Numbered from the stretch's first letter, positions 1 through 13,871 are shown. The stretch is DNA of 64,000 nt from Octopus sinensis (GCF_006345805.1 NC_043001.1:8804001-8868000); one strand, 5' to 3'. The notes: generated from the sequence alone by a model not told the origin. Made by a program: numbers and translations.

Positions 1-1039
1 TATATGTATGTATGTATGTATGTTATGTATGTATGTATGTATGTATGTATGTATTATCTGCGTGTGCATGTGTGTATTTATTACTGTATTACGCAAACGT
101 GTGTGTCTCTTCTACTGCGAAACAGAATTGTTCATCAGAAGAAATTTTTTAAAAAATTGAAACAATTTTAAAATGACTCAAAAAATGAAAAAATAAATAT
201 TCGAAAGAAATTGTTAAAAAATAGGTACTGTCAAATTCCTTCGAATAAATACTCGCTGAAATATTGTGCGGTCCTTTTTTTCATTTATTAATTCGTATTT
301 GTTTTTAAAGGGCTGCAAAATTTTCGGTTTTATGGCCTAAATTCATTTCTGATTTACATTTTCTTTTAAATTTACAACTTCGATAAATGAACCTGGCGTC
401 CAATTTTAATTTTAGGCTTTCAATCGATGCAAATAAATTTTAGAGTCTTTTTTTTCAAGTTACCATTTTACAAATGTTTTCTGCGATCAATATATCGATT
501 CGAAAATAATATAAAAAAATTTTAAAGTATTAAAAAAAAATCGAAGAGCAGAAAACCGAGAAAGAAAGCGAGCATGATTATTTATCGATTTTGTGATAGG
601 TTTTGCAGAGTTTGGCCTCCTTCTCTTTTAATATGCCAATATTGAATTTTGCTTAAAGATAAACAGGTTATATTGATGTTTTTTCACCTATAAGATATAA
701 ATAAAATATAAGAAATATGAAGAAATAAAACAAAACATAGCTAAACTAATAGTTACGTAAAATTGAAATGGAATACGAATTAAATATAGGCGATTATTCG
801 AAATTTATGAATTTTCTGTTTTTTTTATATAGCTATAATTAGTTATCTGTTTTCTACGCTACAAGATATTTATTACTGGACACACGAGATTCTTGGCTTT
901 CTGCTCGAATGACATTTCCTCATCTATTCCAAACAGAGATATAACAGAAGATTGTTATACATGCTTACATATATAATAAGCAAAAAGCCCACCCCTTCTT
1001 ACCTATGTATATCTGTGTGTGTCCGTGTCTCTTTCTGTG

Positions 1040-1104
1040 TATGCGTGTGTATATATATATAGACACATACATACATATATACATATATGCATATATATAA
1101 TATA

Positions 1105-1189
<85 letters not shown>

Positions 1190-1467
1190 ATATATATATA
1201 TATATACATATATATGTATATATATATAATATATATATGTATATATGTATATATTTGTATATATATATGTATGTATCTATATTATATATATGTATATATT
1301 AGCGATTATGCACACGCACGACCGTCCACAGACGCATAAGTGTATATAGAACTATACGTACATACACATATATCTAGATATATGTGTATTCAGGTGTATT
1401 CATATATATGTATATATATATACATATATATAATATATATATATGTAATATATATATATTATATATA

Positions 1468-1510
<43 letters not shown>

Positions 1511-1515
1511 TATAT
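1040..1515. repeat. (TA)n-rich compound microsatellite (representative of dozens of TA/CA/GA/TAGA tracts in the window)
   Basis: Directly visible dinucleotide tracts; they explain the IY/CV/HT-rich spurious ORFs. Confidence 0.95.
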
Positions 1516-1653
1516 CCATGCACACAAACACACAAGCGCTCTGGTATGCATATATGTAAACACACTTATTAACGAGATATTTATTTGCTCGCTTGAGAAC
1601 CACTCACGTGAAACTGGGAATTGCCATCTGTGAAGTTTCATATGCAAAGTAAC

Positions 1654-1714
<61 letters not shown>

Positions 1715-1970
1715 ATATTGGATAAAATGTGACGTCTCGAATAATGATAACAACAGCAAGAAGGAGATGGAGGAGGAGAAGAAGAAGTAGAAGAAGAAGA
1801 AGATGAATAAGACGAAGAAGAAGAAGATGATGAAGAAGACGAAGAAGAAGAAGGAAAAAGAAGAAAAAGAAGAAAAAAAAAGAAGAAGAAGAAGAAGAAG
1901 AAGAAGAAGAAGAAGAAGAAGAAGAAGAAGATAAAGAAGAAGAAGAAGAAGAAGACGACGACGACGACAA
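1654..1970. repeat. (GTA)n and (GAA)n trinucleotide microsatellites
   Basis: Directly visible. Confidence 0.95.
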
Positions 1971-2132
1971 CAAAGAACCACTCCTGCTATAACAGCCGAA
2001 AGATAGTATGAACATAAGTGTTTACATATACGTATACGCAAATATACAAAAGCTTATACACAGATACACGCATTCTTGTATGCGAGTATGTATATATATA
2101 TAGATGTAGATGAGTATGTGTGTTTTTTCATA

Positions 2133-2163
<31 letters not shown>

Positions 2164-2939
2164 CAGTATAAATGTGAAATATCCATATTATTTGTTCATT
2201 GAATATATAACCATTTACAGTTATACTGTAAAAATATATTCCTGAAAGGAATAAATAAAACATTTTTAATATTCAAATGAGCTGCATAATATTACAATAA
2301 CATAAAATGCAGATGGAACTCTCAACTTTACTTCTTAGAAATGTTTGGGCATTCTAATCATTTGATTTATTGAGCAGAATCGTTTCAGAAATCGATGACT
2401 TTAATCGTTAATCAAGTACTTGACATATGTTAATAAAAGAAACAATATAAACAGTGCGTGAGTTGCTATTGGCAAAGGGACCTTACCAGCATGCAACCTT
2501 CTACCTTCAACTGGAACGCTAATGTCAAAGATTTCTCTAGAGTATTCGAACATTCAGTAGAGTTCACTGCATATTCAGATGCCGTGTTTGTATTTCAGCC
2601 CTAGGCCTGCACTTACTGAGCAGGCTTACAATGAAAGGCGTTCTATCGATGACTATCCCGAAGAATTGTACACTCTTGGGCTAAGCCATATAATGATGCA
2701 GTTTTCTACTTTTAAAGTTAGTAGTGTATTATTCGAAGATGGAGATTCTATACGCGGTCTGAGGTGTCGAATAACCGCTAACTGGTATGTTCAGATGTCT
2801 AATTGTCATGGTTTTGTAGCTAACAAGCATATAATTTGATTAATGCCTTATTGCCCGTAATCCTGACCACAATATCTTTCTCACGGTACTTGCGTGATTC
2901 TGCTTCCCAAAATTTCCAATTACTATTATTTTATTCTTC

Positions 2940-3130
2940 ATCTTTTAATTGTTCCCGTCATTAAGCTGTCGCCATTTGGGGGAACAGCATTAAAAATTTT
3001 TCGTCCAATGAATCGAACCCAGTAAAATTTCTAAGACTGAATACTTATGCTATCGGTTTATTTCGTATTATGGTAATGTAAGAAAACTAACACTGCTTGT
3101 CAAGTATTGGTTTGTACAAAGACACAAACG
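2940..3130 (-). mobile_element. Old 3' fragment of SINE family A
   Basis: Diverged reverse-complement match to the tail of the copy at 15.0-15.4 kb. Confidence 0.55.
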
Positions 3131-3174
3131 CACACGTACACACTCACGCACATACATACACGCATATAAATGCA

Positions 3175-3219
<45 letters not shown>

Positions 3220-3233
3220 ATGAGAGAGAGAGG

Positions 3234-3267
<34 letters not shown>

Positions 3268-3389
3268 ATAGATATATATATAGATATACATATATACAGT
3301 ATATAGATACATATATATATATATATATATATTAATATATTATATATATATATACATATATATGCATCCATACATGCATACACACATAA

Positions 3390-3865
3390 TTTCCGACAAG
3401 ACAGTCATGACGGTTGGGCAAATCCTACGGGAAAATTAGGGAATTGCGCTGAATGATCTCCGCATTTTGTTTCCTGGGGTTTCCAGAAGCACCATTCATG
3501 GGATTTGCGCGAAAAGTTGTAAGGTTGCTCGCACGAATGCTCATAGATCATAAACGGCAACCCACTTTATTGTCCGCTCAGTCATTACCACCTGTTCCCT
3601 AAGCTGCTGGAACAACGCTTGGCCAGAGCGCGCTTCACCAACGATGATGAGTCTCATCGCTTCTTCAACCATGTGCCGTTGAGCTGGTATGATACGGGCA
3701 TACAAAAAACTGCCCCAGTGCCCGCAAAATTGCTTCGATAGAAATACTGATTATTTAGAAAAGTAGATTAATGTTCAAAATTTAAAACGATGTAATTATC
3801 ATTGACAGTAAACGTTACTGTGATTTCTAAATATTTTTGGAGACCTTACTTTTTGGATTACTCAC

Positions 3866-3868
<3 letters not shown>
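3390..3868 (+). mobile_element. Internally deleted mariner transposon remnant (transposase C-terminus and right TIR)
   Basis: Translates to HYHLFPKL..RFTNDDE..WYDTGIQK/LPQ..CFDRNTDYLEK*, matching the mariner DYHLF...GDYVEK terminus; ends ...ttggattactcacg+TA. Confidence 0.85.
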
Positions 3869-3941
<73 letters not shown>

Positions 3942-4691
3942 ATGTAAGTATGTATTATGTAAGTATGTATACACACATACTCACATATATATATATATGT
4001 ATATTGGTAGATAGATAGATAGAGAGAGAAAGAGAGAGAGAGTGAGACAGAGAGATTAGAAACAGGAATTCCTTGTGTAGAATACACTTCGTTGCGCTCA
4101 AGAGTTATGAGCTTGAGCAGATAGAGAAGTAAATATAAGGAGAAGCAAGTGAGACAGGGCGATATACACAACATATTTAACGCATTTAATACAAGAATAA
4201 ATGTACGTATGTGTACATATATAGAGGTCCACGTTACACAGAATGTAAATAATATTAGAAATTAAAGGGGGTTAAGGAATTAAAAGCGGTTGGGTAAGAC
4301 CACCAAGACTCCACGTGATGGCCCAAAATAGTGACTGTAACTTCATTCCACAACACCAACCTGCGTATTCAGGGAACAAGTTTATATTTGGGGGTTTGAC
4401 GAAATGGAGTTTTAAGATTGAGTTTCAAAATTCTATCTTTAAACTCCATTCTGTCAACACCTCCAGTATAATATTCATATATATATATAGTGAGATACAG
4501 AGAGACAAATACACGTAAACCCACACATACACATACATTCACACAACACACGCACACAAACATATATTAGCGTTATTGTTACTATTAATATGCGCTTATT
4601 TGATTTGAATATATATATATATGTATTATATATATATATATATATACATAATTATATCCATATATATATACATACATACATACACACATAT

Positions 4692-4742
<51 letters not shown>

Positions 4743-4999
4743 TGTGTGTGTGTGTGTATAATGTTACAAAAATGAAACATCCGATCACATAGACGATACA
4801 AAGGCGTGCAGGAAAATCAATTAGAGGGACAGGAAAAAGGACGGGTATTCATGCCCGTTTTTCGGCAGTCGAGTTACGAGATGTCCTTACATTTTCGGGC
4901 AGTTACACTTGAGAATGTTCGATCTGGTTGTCCCCACCATAAGTCTAAGTTAAGAGCATTATATTTCTTGCAACAAAGCTAGCGAATGTGTACGACATC

Positions 5000-6420
5000 A
5001 AAGAAAAGAAAACGGAGAACATTGTACGCAATTACTAATACAAACAATAGAGGTGTCTTTCGACTAAGGGCAACTGAATTTGAGCTATATATTTATATAA
5101 ATTTATTTTATGTAATCATATTGGTAGGGAACAATCCCAGCTGTATCCTCTTGTGGCACATCAAGAGTATGTTAGAATTGAAAATTCTCTTAGAATTCTG
5201 TTACATGCTAGGACTGAAAATTCTGGAAATACCTTTTGAAGAATTTTTATATAACAAAAGGAATCTTCAAAATTACATGGTATCATTTATTCACCATAAC
5301 ACATGCTTCAGTTGCGAATTGGATCTTCATAATTGTACATATTGGATAAACGTGTATGAAATATTAGAAATATTAGAACTTAAAAATAAAGCATTTACAG
5401 CGCAGAAGTTCGAATTTGAGGGCAATATCTTTAGTAAGACTTAAAAATATCCATTGATAGTTGTTATCACTGAAGAAAACGATGACGAACAATATCGGTT
5501 ACACTACAAGAATCGAAGTTTGTATTAGAAAGGGTGTCACATATATTGTTAGATGCAGTCATGTTTAGGAAAGCTAAGTCGGAATTATTTCTACTATTCT
5601 TTGCCAACTAATATATAATATGAATGAGAAGGTTTTGTATTATTCTCTGCAATAACTAATACCCGGGAGGGTTGAATATGAAGGAGGGATGTTATTGCTG
5701 GCCGCATCGAGCATGACCTTCATAGTTTTGCATTTTGCATGTCTAAAGCATGGTTTGAAACTGGTATGTATATAATCCTTAACCGTATATAACAATTATT
5801 TTTAACTGCAGCGAACACATGGTTATGGCACCTTCAATTCTCTTTCGCATATGAGTAATTCGAGCATTCTGTAAAACCATATGTTTGAACAAACCCAGTA
5901 TGCCTTTTGAAGTTGAGTATATTATGCCACAAGTATGGCTTCAGAGAAAGCTATTTGAAAATATTCTTCCGTTAATCTAATGAACAAAATTTTTCCTGGA
6001 AGCTTTTTTTCACCATAAACGGATTTTAAAATATTCTTTTCTAACTACAAACGCATACGTAAATCGTAATTTCTGCAAAGCGCAGCCAAATTAAAAATTC
6101 CTAAAACAGGCAGTAAACCTGTACACATATAATTGAGAACTGCTTTACAGTGGAGCTCAATATTTCACGAACAAATATCTTTAAAAACCCGTCAATAAAG
6201 ATATGTACAGAAGTGTTTATAATTCTGTTGATAAAAGATAATGAGGTAATGGTTGCTAAATGCAGATCAGACTTGTATCCTGCCGCAGAGTACGGTGAGA
6301 TGTTACACTGGAGCATGTAAGACGGTTGGTTGAATAATTTCATTAATTGCTTAACTTCCTGATGAAGCTGTGAGAATCAAAAGACATTTTGTCGCGATTG
6401 GAAACACTTATGTAGACCAG
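5000..6420 (+). mobile_element. Highly decayed Penelope-like element (RT thumb / GIY-YIG region) ending in a degenerate hammerhead
   Basis: Broken frames with PLE-like patches such as LLIKDNEVMVAKCRS (cf. LLNKRSEL..KCRH), followed by CTGATGA (6359)...GAAAC (6401). Confidence 0.45.
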
Positions 6421-7137
6421 CGTTTATATAACTGAAAATAATCACAACACAAACTGACTAGAAACACCCATAAAGACCTATAGAAATGTAGTCTTTTGGT
6501 ACTAAGTTTCCAAAAATAATCAGTTTAACATTTCTGGCTAAAAATCAAATTACATCAAATATATCTACACCTCAGTTGGGCAGATTTTGGTCGAACAATA
6601 ATCTTTGTGAAACAATCTTGAAACAAAATTGAGGCGATATATACGAACACTGAGGCTCTGAATTTGTGACACCTACACTGGACAGGTATGTGTACATATA
6701 TAATACCACTTTAAACAAAACAAAATGTTCCATCAATATCTTTCTATTAACCTACGTCATACAAACTTACTTTCCTCCCATTCTTTCCTATTGACTTCTA
6801 CATCTATTTCACATCCATAATACACCAAGCCGAACTTCACAAAGCTGCAGCCAAGGAAGAAGAACAAGTCGTCACAAATTATATAGTCGCCTCGTGGTGA
6901 ATATATATATGTAACTGTATAATAATATCGATTTGAAGCGACGGTTTTTTTAAATACAAAGAAATGACCGAAAAATGATGAGCTAACCTCGAGCAGAATC
7001 GAGTCCACAAATCGACGCTTACACGGCTCCTTGTACATCCAATTGGTCAAATGCTCATCCTTTAATTTCAGCTACATTTAGTTAATATATACTTAAACTG
7101 TCTAATACTACATATAATATTCATAATATTTTTCATT

Positions 7138-7285
7138 TATCTTTTTTTGGCTTCAGTCGTCACACTGTGGCCATGCTGGAGCACCGCCTAGAAGTATTTT
7201 TCGTCAAATGAATTGACCCCAAGTCTTATTCTTTTGTAAAACGTGGTATTTATTTTATCGGGTTCTTAGGCCGAACCGCTAAGTC
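7138..7285 (-). mobile_element. 3' fragment of SINE family A
   Basis: tgtggccatgctggagcaccgcc...gccgaaccgctaagt is the reverse complement of the family A tail. Confidence 0.8.
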
Positions 7286-7299
7286 ATAGTCATGGAATT

Positions 7300-7418
7300 C
7301 ATAGATTGCTAGCCACTACACTTTCTTTATTTTCTCTCCTTCCCGAGCGTTATACGAATATATCTATTTGTTGTCTACACCACCTGTCTTCGTCTTTTGT
7401 TTTTTGTGAATTCTCCTT
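7300..7418 (+). mobile_element. pLTR-like repeat related to 25960-26105 but lacking the hammerhead segment
   Basis: Shares tttattttctct...cgagc...gtcttcgtcttttgtttt with 25960-26100. Confidence 0.5.
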
Positions 7419-7536
7419 ATATATATATATATATATATATATAGTGTGTGTGTGTATGTGTGTGTGTGTATGTATGTATGTGTTGTTGTTTTGTTGTGTT
7501 CGTGTGTTTGTGTTTGTGTGTGTGTGTGAGTTGTTA

Positions 7537-7587
<51 letters not shown>

Positions 7588-8523
7588 GTTATCTATGTAT
7601 AATATTGGTTTAATTTATTTTCCGCAATTAATTAAAGTGTGTACATAATAGTTACAGGCCACTATTGATTTATTCCATGTCGTAGACAATTGATGCTTAA
7701 TATTTGAAGTGATATTTCGTTCCGTTGGTTTACATTTACTTCTTGTTTTATAAAATCACGTTTTACTGTTTTAAGTATGTTAATAATTATTTTCGTTATG
7801 ATTTGGGCGTTAAGTCAATTTTACTATGTTTAGATGTTGTAGGTGGGAATATTCGTTTAACTATATTGTCTGTATTTATACTTTATATTTAATAGATATT
7901 AGTCTCTACGCTTGTGTATTTCTATGTTGTTGTTTTGAGACAAATTGATGTCTCATAGTTACTGTGATATGTTATTGTGATACTTTATGTTTGTCCTTTT
8001 AATTAGGTTTTCGAGATTTAAATATGTGTTAGAGACTGTTAGGTAACAATATCTACAGGTTTATGGTGTTTAATTTAACCTTTATGTCTAGAATTCTAGT
8101 TTGATTATTTTAAGACTATCATTATTTCGCATTTTGTATATTTGCAACTTGAGTTATCCACTACGACTAATGAATTCTGTTCAATAAGTTTAATATGCAA
8201 GCTTATGAATTATTTTATGATTTTAAAATTCTATAGATATTGGAGGGGGAAATTCACACTTTTTATGATATAAAATCTGTTTTCCATAATTTTAATTTTA
8301 ATTTTATATGCGTCCTAGCTATAGGTATTAAGCGACATCTGTTTTCGATTTCATGTTAGCATTTGTGTTACGTAACAATAACCCAATGTTGACGTAAAGG
8401 GAAGAAAGTTCAATATGCGTCCTACGTCGAAGAATTGCAGGACAGTAAATGTATATATTTGTGTAATAAGCAATGTAGTATATACGCAGATACACACACA
8501 CCTGCACACTCACACTTATGAAC

Positions 8524-8617
<94 letters not shown>

Positions 8618-8636
8618 AAACGAATAAGTTGTTTAC

Positions 8637-8736
8637 NNNNNNNNNNNNNNNNNNNNNNNNNNNNNNNNNNNNNNNNNNNNNNNNNNNNNNNNNNNNNNNN
8701 NNNNNNNNNNNNNNNNNNNNNNNNNNNNNNNNNNNN
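8637..8736. other. Assembly gap (100 N)
   Basis: Run of N. Confidence 1.
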
Positions 8737-9053
8737 TTAGTAATTGGCTCAAAAGTAAATAGCAAGGTCATGTAGGGGGACATGGAGTTAAGTACAGAGT
8801 GGTGTTCGTATGGGTGTATGTGTGCGTGTGTGCATGTGTGTGTATGTGTGCGCGCATGTGTGTGTGTGTGTGTGTGCGTGCGTGCAAAGAAATGATACAG
8901 TTCAATTTTTCATTCATACGCAAAAGGGCTACGCAAGATTTAGCTAATGCAAGCGAACTGCGTATCAAAATTTATAGGTAGATAAAATATTAGAAGCCCA
9001 ATTGCAATGATATAAGACTCATAGTAAAAATAAGAATTATTATTATTATTATT

Positions 9054-9374
9054 CAGTAGTTTTATTTTTATAGCGTGCTTTCACTTCACTACCGAGCGCA
9101 GCTCTGTGTGCCTTGGGTATGTGCTGTGATTTGTTGTGATGCTCTGATGGTTATTGTATGGAAAGTGTTCTGCGTAGGATGTGTGCAGTGCCTAGTAGTG
9201 CAATTTTCTGTATGTTATATGTGTTTGTAAGTCCTGGTGTTTTTGTTATGTATTTGTCTGAATATTTTTTTATCATGCCTAATGCACCTACTATGATAGG
9301 AATTGTTTCTGTTTTCAGATTCCACATTCTAGTTACCTCTATTTCCAGGTCTTTGTATTTTGAGAGTTTCTCCA

Positions 9375-9377
<3 letters not shown>
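9054..9377 (-). mobile_element. R4/Dong-clade non-LTR retrotransposon 3' end (restriction-like endonuclease C-terminus and 3' UTR) in (TAA)n
   Basis: ORF 9151-9375 KLSKYKDLEIEVTRMW..IPIIVGALG..IQKIALLGTAHILRR; (AAT)n on both sides. Confidence 0.85.
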
Positions 9378-9448
<71 letters not shown>

Positions 9449-10002
9449 GAGTGAGAGAGCAGTGCATGCCATCAAAGTGACACTGGGGTAAAATATACGA
9501 AGCCCAATATACCCATCATGACTACCCGTCTGATAAAGGTACACCAGGCACATGCATCACAACCATATGTGCGCGACATGGTGATCTCATATCAAGATAA
9601 ACAGCACATGACCTTGCAGGTGGGGCCCAGTTAGAATTTTCTTCAGGTTGAGTAGCCCATCCCGCTCAAAAGGTCCCTGAATAAGGGTTGTTTAAGGATG
9701 TTGATAGAACCACCCATGTTTCCAGAGGTGAATTATTCAAACCCCGAAGAATCCCTCTCAACACATGGCTATGATGCTCCCCCACTACTTCTGCTCGTGA
9801 TCAGAGATGCACATATCGTCAGCCACTAAGGGACATGCTCAACTGGTTAAGGTCAAACAACTGACAAGCAAATCTGTGGTATTGAGCAGAATATTTGCTG
9901 TAGCCCATCTTTTATACCAAGACAAAACAATGTACATGATAACACTTCCAATCAGTTAAGATCAGAAGCCATGAGAGCCACTGCCTGGTACTGCATCAGG
10001 GC

Positions 10003-10004
<2 letters not shown>
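9449..10004 (-). mobile_element. ~555-bp non-coding (TAA)n-inserted repeat X, copy 1
   Basis: Closely similar to 10183-10724 with the same termini; bounded by (AAT)n; strand inferred from the microsatellite phase shared with the Dong copies. Confidence 0.8.
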
Positions 10005-10039
<35 letters not shown>

Positions 10040-10182
10040 ATTATTATTATTATTATTAATATTATTATTATTATTATTAATTATTATCATTATCATCATC
10101 ATCCTCATTATTATTATCATTATTATCATTATTATAATTCTTAGTATCATTATTTATTATTATTATTATAATTATTATTATT

Positions 10183-10724
10183 GAGTGAGAGAGCAGTGCA
10201 TGCCATCAAAGTGACACTGGGGTAAAATATATGAAGCCCAGGATACCCATCATGACTACCCGTCTGATAAGGGTACACCAGGCACGTGCATCACAACCGT
10301 ATGTGCGCGACATGGTGATCTCATATCAAGATAAACAGCACATGACCTTGCAGGTGGAGCCCAGTTAGAATTTTCTTCTGGTCGAGTAACCCATCCCGCT
10401 CAAATTTTCCCTGAATAAAGGTTGTTTAAGGATGTTGAACGAAACACCCATGTTTCCAGAGGTGAATTATTCAAACCCCAAAGAATCTTTCTCAACACTT
10501 GGCTATGATGCTCCCCCACTACTTCTGCTCGTGATCAGAGATGCACATATCGTCAGCCACTAAGGGACGTGCTCAAATGGTTAAGGTCAAACAACTGTCA
10601 AGCAAATCTGTTGTATTGAGCAGAATATTTGTTATACCAAGACAAAACAAGTACATGATGACACTTCCAATTAGTTAAGATTAGAAACCACGGGAGCCAC
10701 TGCCTGGTACTGCATAAGCGGGCA
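10183..10724 (-). mobile_element. Repeat X, copy 2
   Basis: Direct repeat of 9449-10004 with substitutions and one ~14-bp deletion. Confidence 0.8.
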
Positions 10725-10807
<83 letters not shown>

Positions 10808-10865
10808 CATCATCATCATCGTTATTATTATTATCATTATTATTATTATCATCATCATCATTATT

Positions 10866-10929
<64 letters not shown>

Positions 10930-10930
10930 T

Positions 10931-11292
10931 CAGTAGTATATTTTTTATATCGTGCTTTCACTTCACTACCGAGCGCAGCTCTGTGTTCTGTGATTTGTTG
11001 TGATGCTCTGATGGTTATTGTATGGAAAGTGTTCTGCGTAGGATGTGTGCAGTGCCTAGTAGTGCAATTTTCTGTATGTTATATGTGTTTGCAAGTCCTG
11101 GTGTTTTTGTTATGTATTTGTCTGAATATTTTTTTATCATGCCTAATGCACCTATTATGATAGGAATTATTTCTGCTTTTAGATTCCACATTCTGGTTAC
11201 CTCTATTTCCAGGTCTTTGTATTTTGAAAGTTCCTCCATTTCTTTTAGAGACACGTTGTCATCCGCTGGTATTGATACATCAATTAGTTGTA
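10931..11292 (-). mobile_element. R4/Dong-clade LINE 3' end
   Basis: LIDVSIPADDNVSLKEMEELSKYKDLEIE...LLGTAHILRR (REL D..K..KY motif); same 3' UTR as 9054-9377. Confidence 0.85.
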
Positions 11293-11334
11293 TGTATGTA
11301 TATGTGTGATCTGATAGAGGTATCACCTTCAAAA

Positions 11335-11958
11335 CCAATCTTGCATTTTAACGGTCGTCCTGTACTCTTCTCAGACCAGGACGATATATCGGCGCCACAT
11401 CATGGTTTTAGAAAGATTCCATAAGTCTTGCCTAAGGAGCACACTAGACATCAAATAGCAATCTTTAACATCAGACACCGTTGTTCTTCAGCAAGCTAAC
11501 ACATCCAGTATTGAAATGATCCTCATACACAACCAGATGCGTTGATTTGAGCACCTTCCTATGATGCAGGATGACAGGTTACCAAAGCAGATGTTTTACG
11601 GGGAGTTGCAGAGTGGCAAACGTCCGAGACATAAACCTAAGAAAAGTTTTAGGGATGCTGTCAAAAGCAATCTTTAGGCTCTTGATGTGAAAGTTGAAGA
11701 CTGGGAGCAGTTGCCGCAAGATCGATCGGTTTGGGAACAAAGGATCTACAATAGATGTAAAGCATTTGAGGCTCGAAGAATTCATAGACAGGATTTCTCT
11801 ACAATCCCAGACACTTTCCTTTAAAAATATTTGTGAGATCTGCAATAGAGTTTTTTTTGTTTTGTCAAGAGCAGGACTTACTAGCCATATGAGATCTCAT
11901 GACAGTATTTATTAATTGAAGAGATGGTCTTCTTCTGTAAAGAAGTGGTAATCATCAC
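11335..11958 (+). mobile_element. RTE (BovB-like) LINE 3' fragment
   Basis: TIYRRHIMVLERFHKSCLRS..DDRLPKQMFYGELQSGKRPRHKPKK..DWEQL..DRSVW and terminal C2H2 CEICNR..SRAGLTSHMRSH. Confidence 0.9.
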
Positions 11959-13534
11959 GTTTGTGTAACCGTTAATGTGTCGTATATAAGTTGGGTTACT
12001 GTTCGTCCAATTTTAAAGTGTCTCATTTAAATATGCATGGCACATCTCCAAGACATTAGAAATGACAGAATTTGTCGTTACCCTGACAGTAGTTAAGAAA
12101 TATTTGCATTCCATTCGGAAAGATGTCATTTGTATCTAAACCATTTGGTTCCTGATTCTTTATCACTTTCAAAGAGGAGATAATTCATCACATTAAAAGT
12201 CATTTTACGTCTTGCTTCAGAATGATGAGTATCCAAACACAAGTAATATCATATTTCAAATAACGCCTTGCCTTTGATGCAGTATGTGTCAAGAGACATG
12301 TGTGTAACGAGTTATTTTCTATTTATTGTAAACTTTATGGCGTCTGCTTGATCTTTCGAAAATAGTAAATATTTTATCGTTCATAGTGGAATAACACATA
12401 TATTTATCTTATGAGTAGTTAAATTGAGCGAACGGTCAAACGATTCATTGGTGTATAGGTATCATTAAATTGTTTACATTTCCTTGTAACTGAAGATCTT
12501 AAAAATCCAGTCATTGAAACGGAAGGGGTAAACGCCAACTCAGAGACATGGTGAAATGTTTTGGACTGAAATATTGCGGAGCTAATCTTCGTTTTTAAGC
12601 TACTGCAAACAAAAGACTGTTTTTTTTCATTCGAAACGGTTTCTCTTGTTTTCACAGGTATCACCATTGTCTAGAAAGTTGTCATCAAAGCTTAGAATCT
12701 CAGTTCTTTGCTTTAATTTTTTCTTATTCTTCAGATTACTGTCAGCAGTACAATGTTATGAATCTGTTGAAGTATATTGGAGTTGTGACGCATATGGTAT
12801 GATACAATCTCCCTGGATGGAATGAATAAGCTTAAATCTCGAATGAAAACAGAATTAAATAAATAAATGTGTATGTCTGTATGTGTCTCTTTCTGTATTT
12901 GTGTGTTTGTGTCAGAAAGAGAGATAGAGAGACAGACCGACGGACGGTCAGACAAACAGAGACAGTGTGTGTGTGTCTGTGTGTGTGTGTGTGTTTAGCT
13001 GAATATTGAAACCTTTCAGAATGAAAGAACTGGAATCAGAAACGTTGTATTATATATATATTGAAATATGTCACAGAATTTATCACGTTAAATGTGGAAA
13101 TATTTATTAGATGAGATCTGAAGAAAATGAAGATTTAAACTGCATCAATAATATGAAAGACTTCAACATAAATTCTGTACAAAATTTAAATTATGAGAGA
13201 TTTCTTCTTCATTGATTTTTACCTTGGAAATATTGACAACGCAAACGAGAGGCACATGACGTGCGGCGTCGCTTAGTGTGACACAGATAGCAAAAGGCGT
13301 CTTTAAGAAACAACTTCAAAAAGAGTCATTCATTTAATTCCCAGCTTAAATACATGCGAGAAAAGCTATCGGATAAATTGAAACTTCAATGATAAGCAAG
13401 GATTTGTTTGTTTTCCTCTCAAATAAAAGATGATATTGATTACACCGTTTTTGCGACATCTCGGTAGCAATGGAAATCTATATTATTGTGTCATTTCACG
13501 TTTTCACAGAAAATAATACGTGCGTGTTTTATAT

Positions 13535-13597
<63 letters not shown>

Positions 13598-13686
13598 TTA
13601 TATACATATATATATACATATATAGATGTATATATATATATGTATGTTTATATATATGTGTATATAAATATATATATATGTATGAT

Positions 13687-13731
<45 letters not shown>

Positions 13732-13831
13732 TATATTCATACATACATAATATTTACACAAACACATAGAAAGAGGCGGAGAGATAGATTGATTGATTGA
13801 TTGATAGATATAGGCATATACATATTGTATG

Positions 13832-13871
<40 letters not shown>

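Noticed and set aside
1003-2041. ORFs rich in IY, CV, HT, poly-L/S/T/N/I here and throughout the track
   Set aside because: They are translations of di- and trinucleotide microsatellites with no protein signal
8525-8615. Phase-shifted (TA)n tracts (tatattatat/ataatata) as a possible structured pattern
   Set aside because: Consistent with slippage or sequencing indels in TA repeats
9945-10004. U2 snRNA resemblance (atcagttaagatcaga; cctggtactgca)
   Set aside because: Only two short patches with wrong spacing, and no branch-point GTAGTA or Sm site
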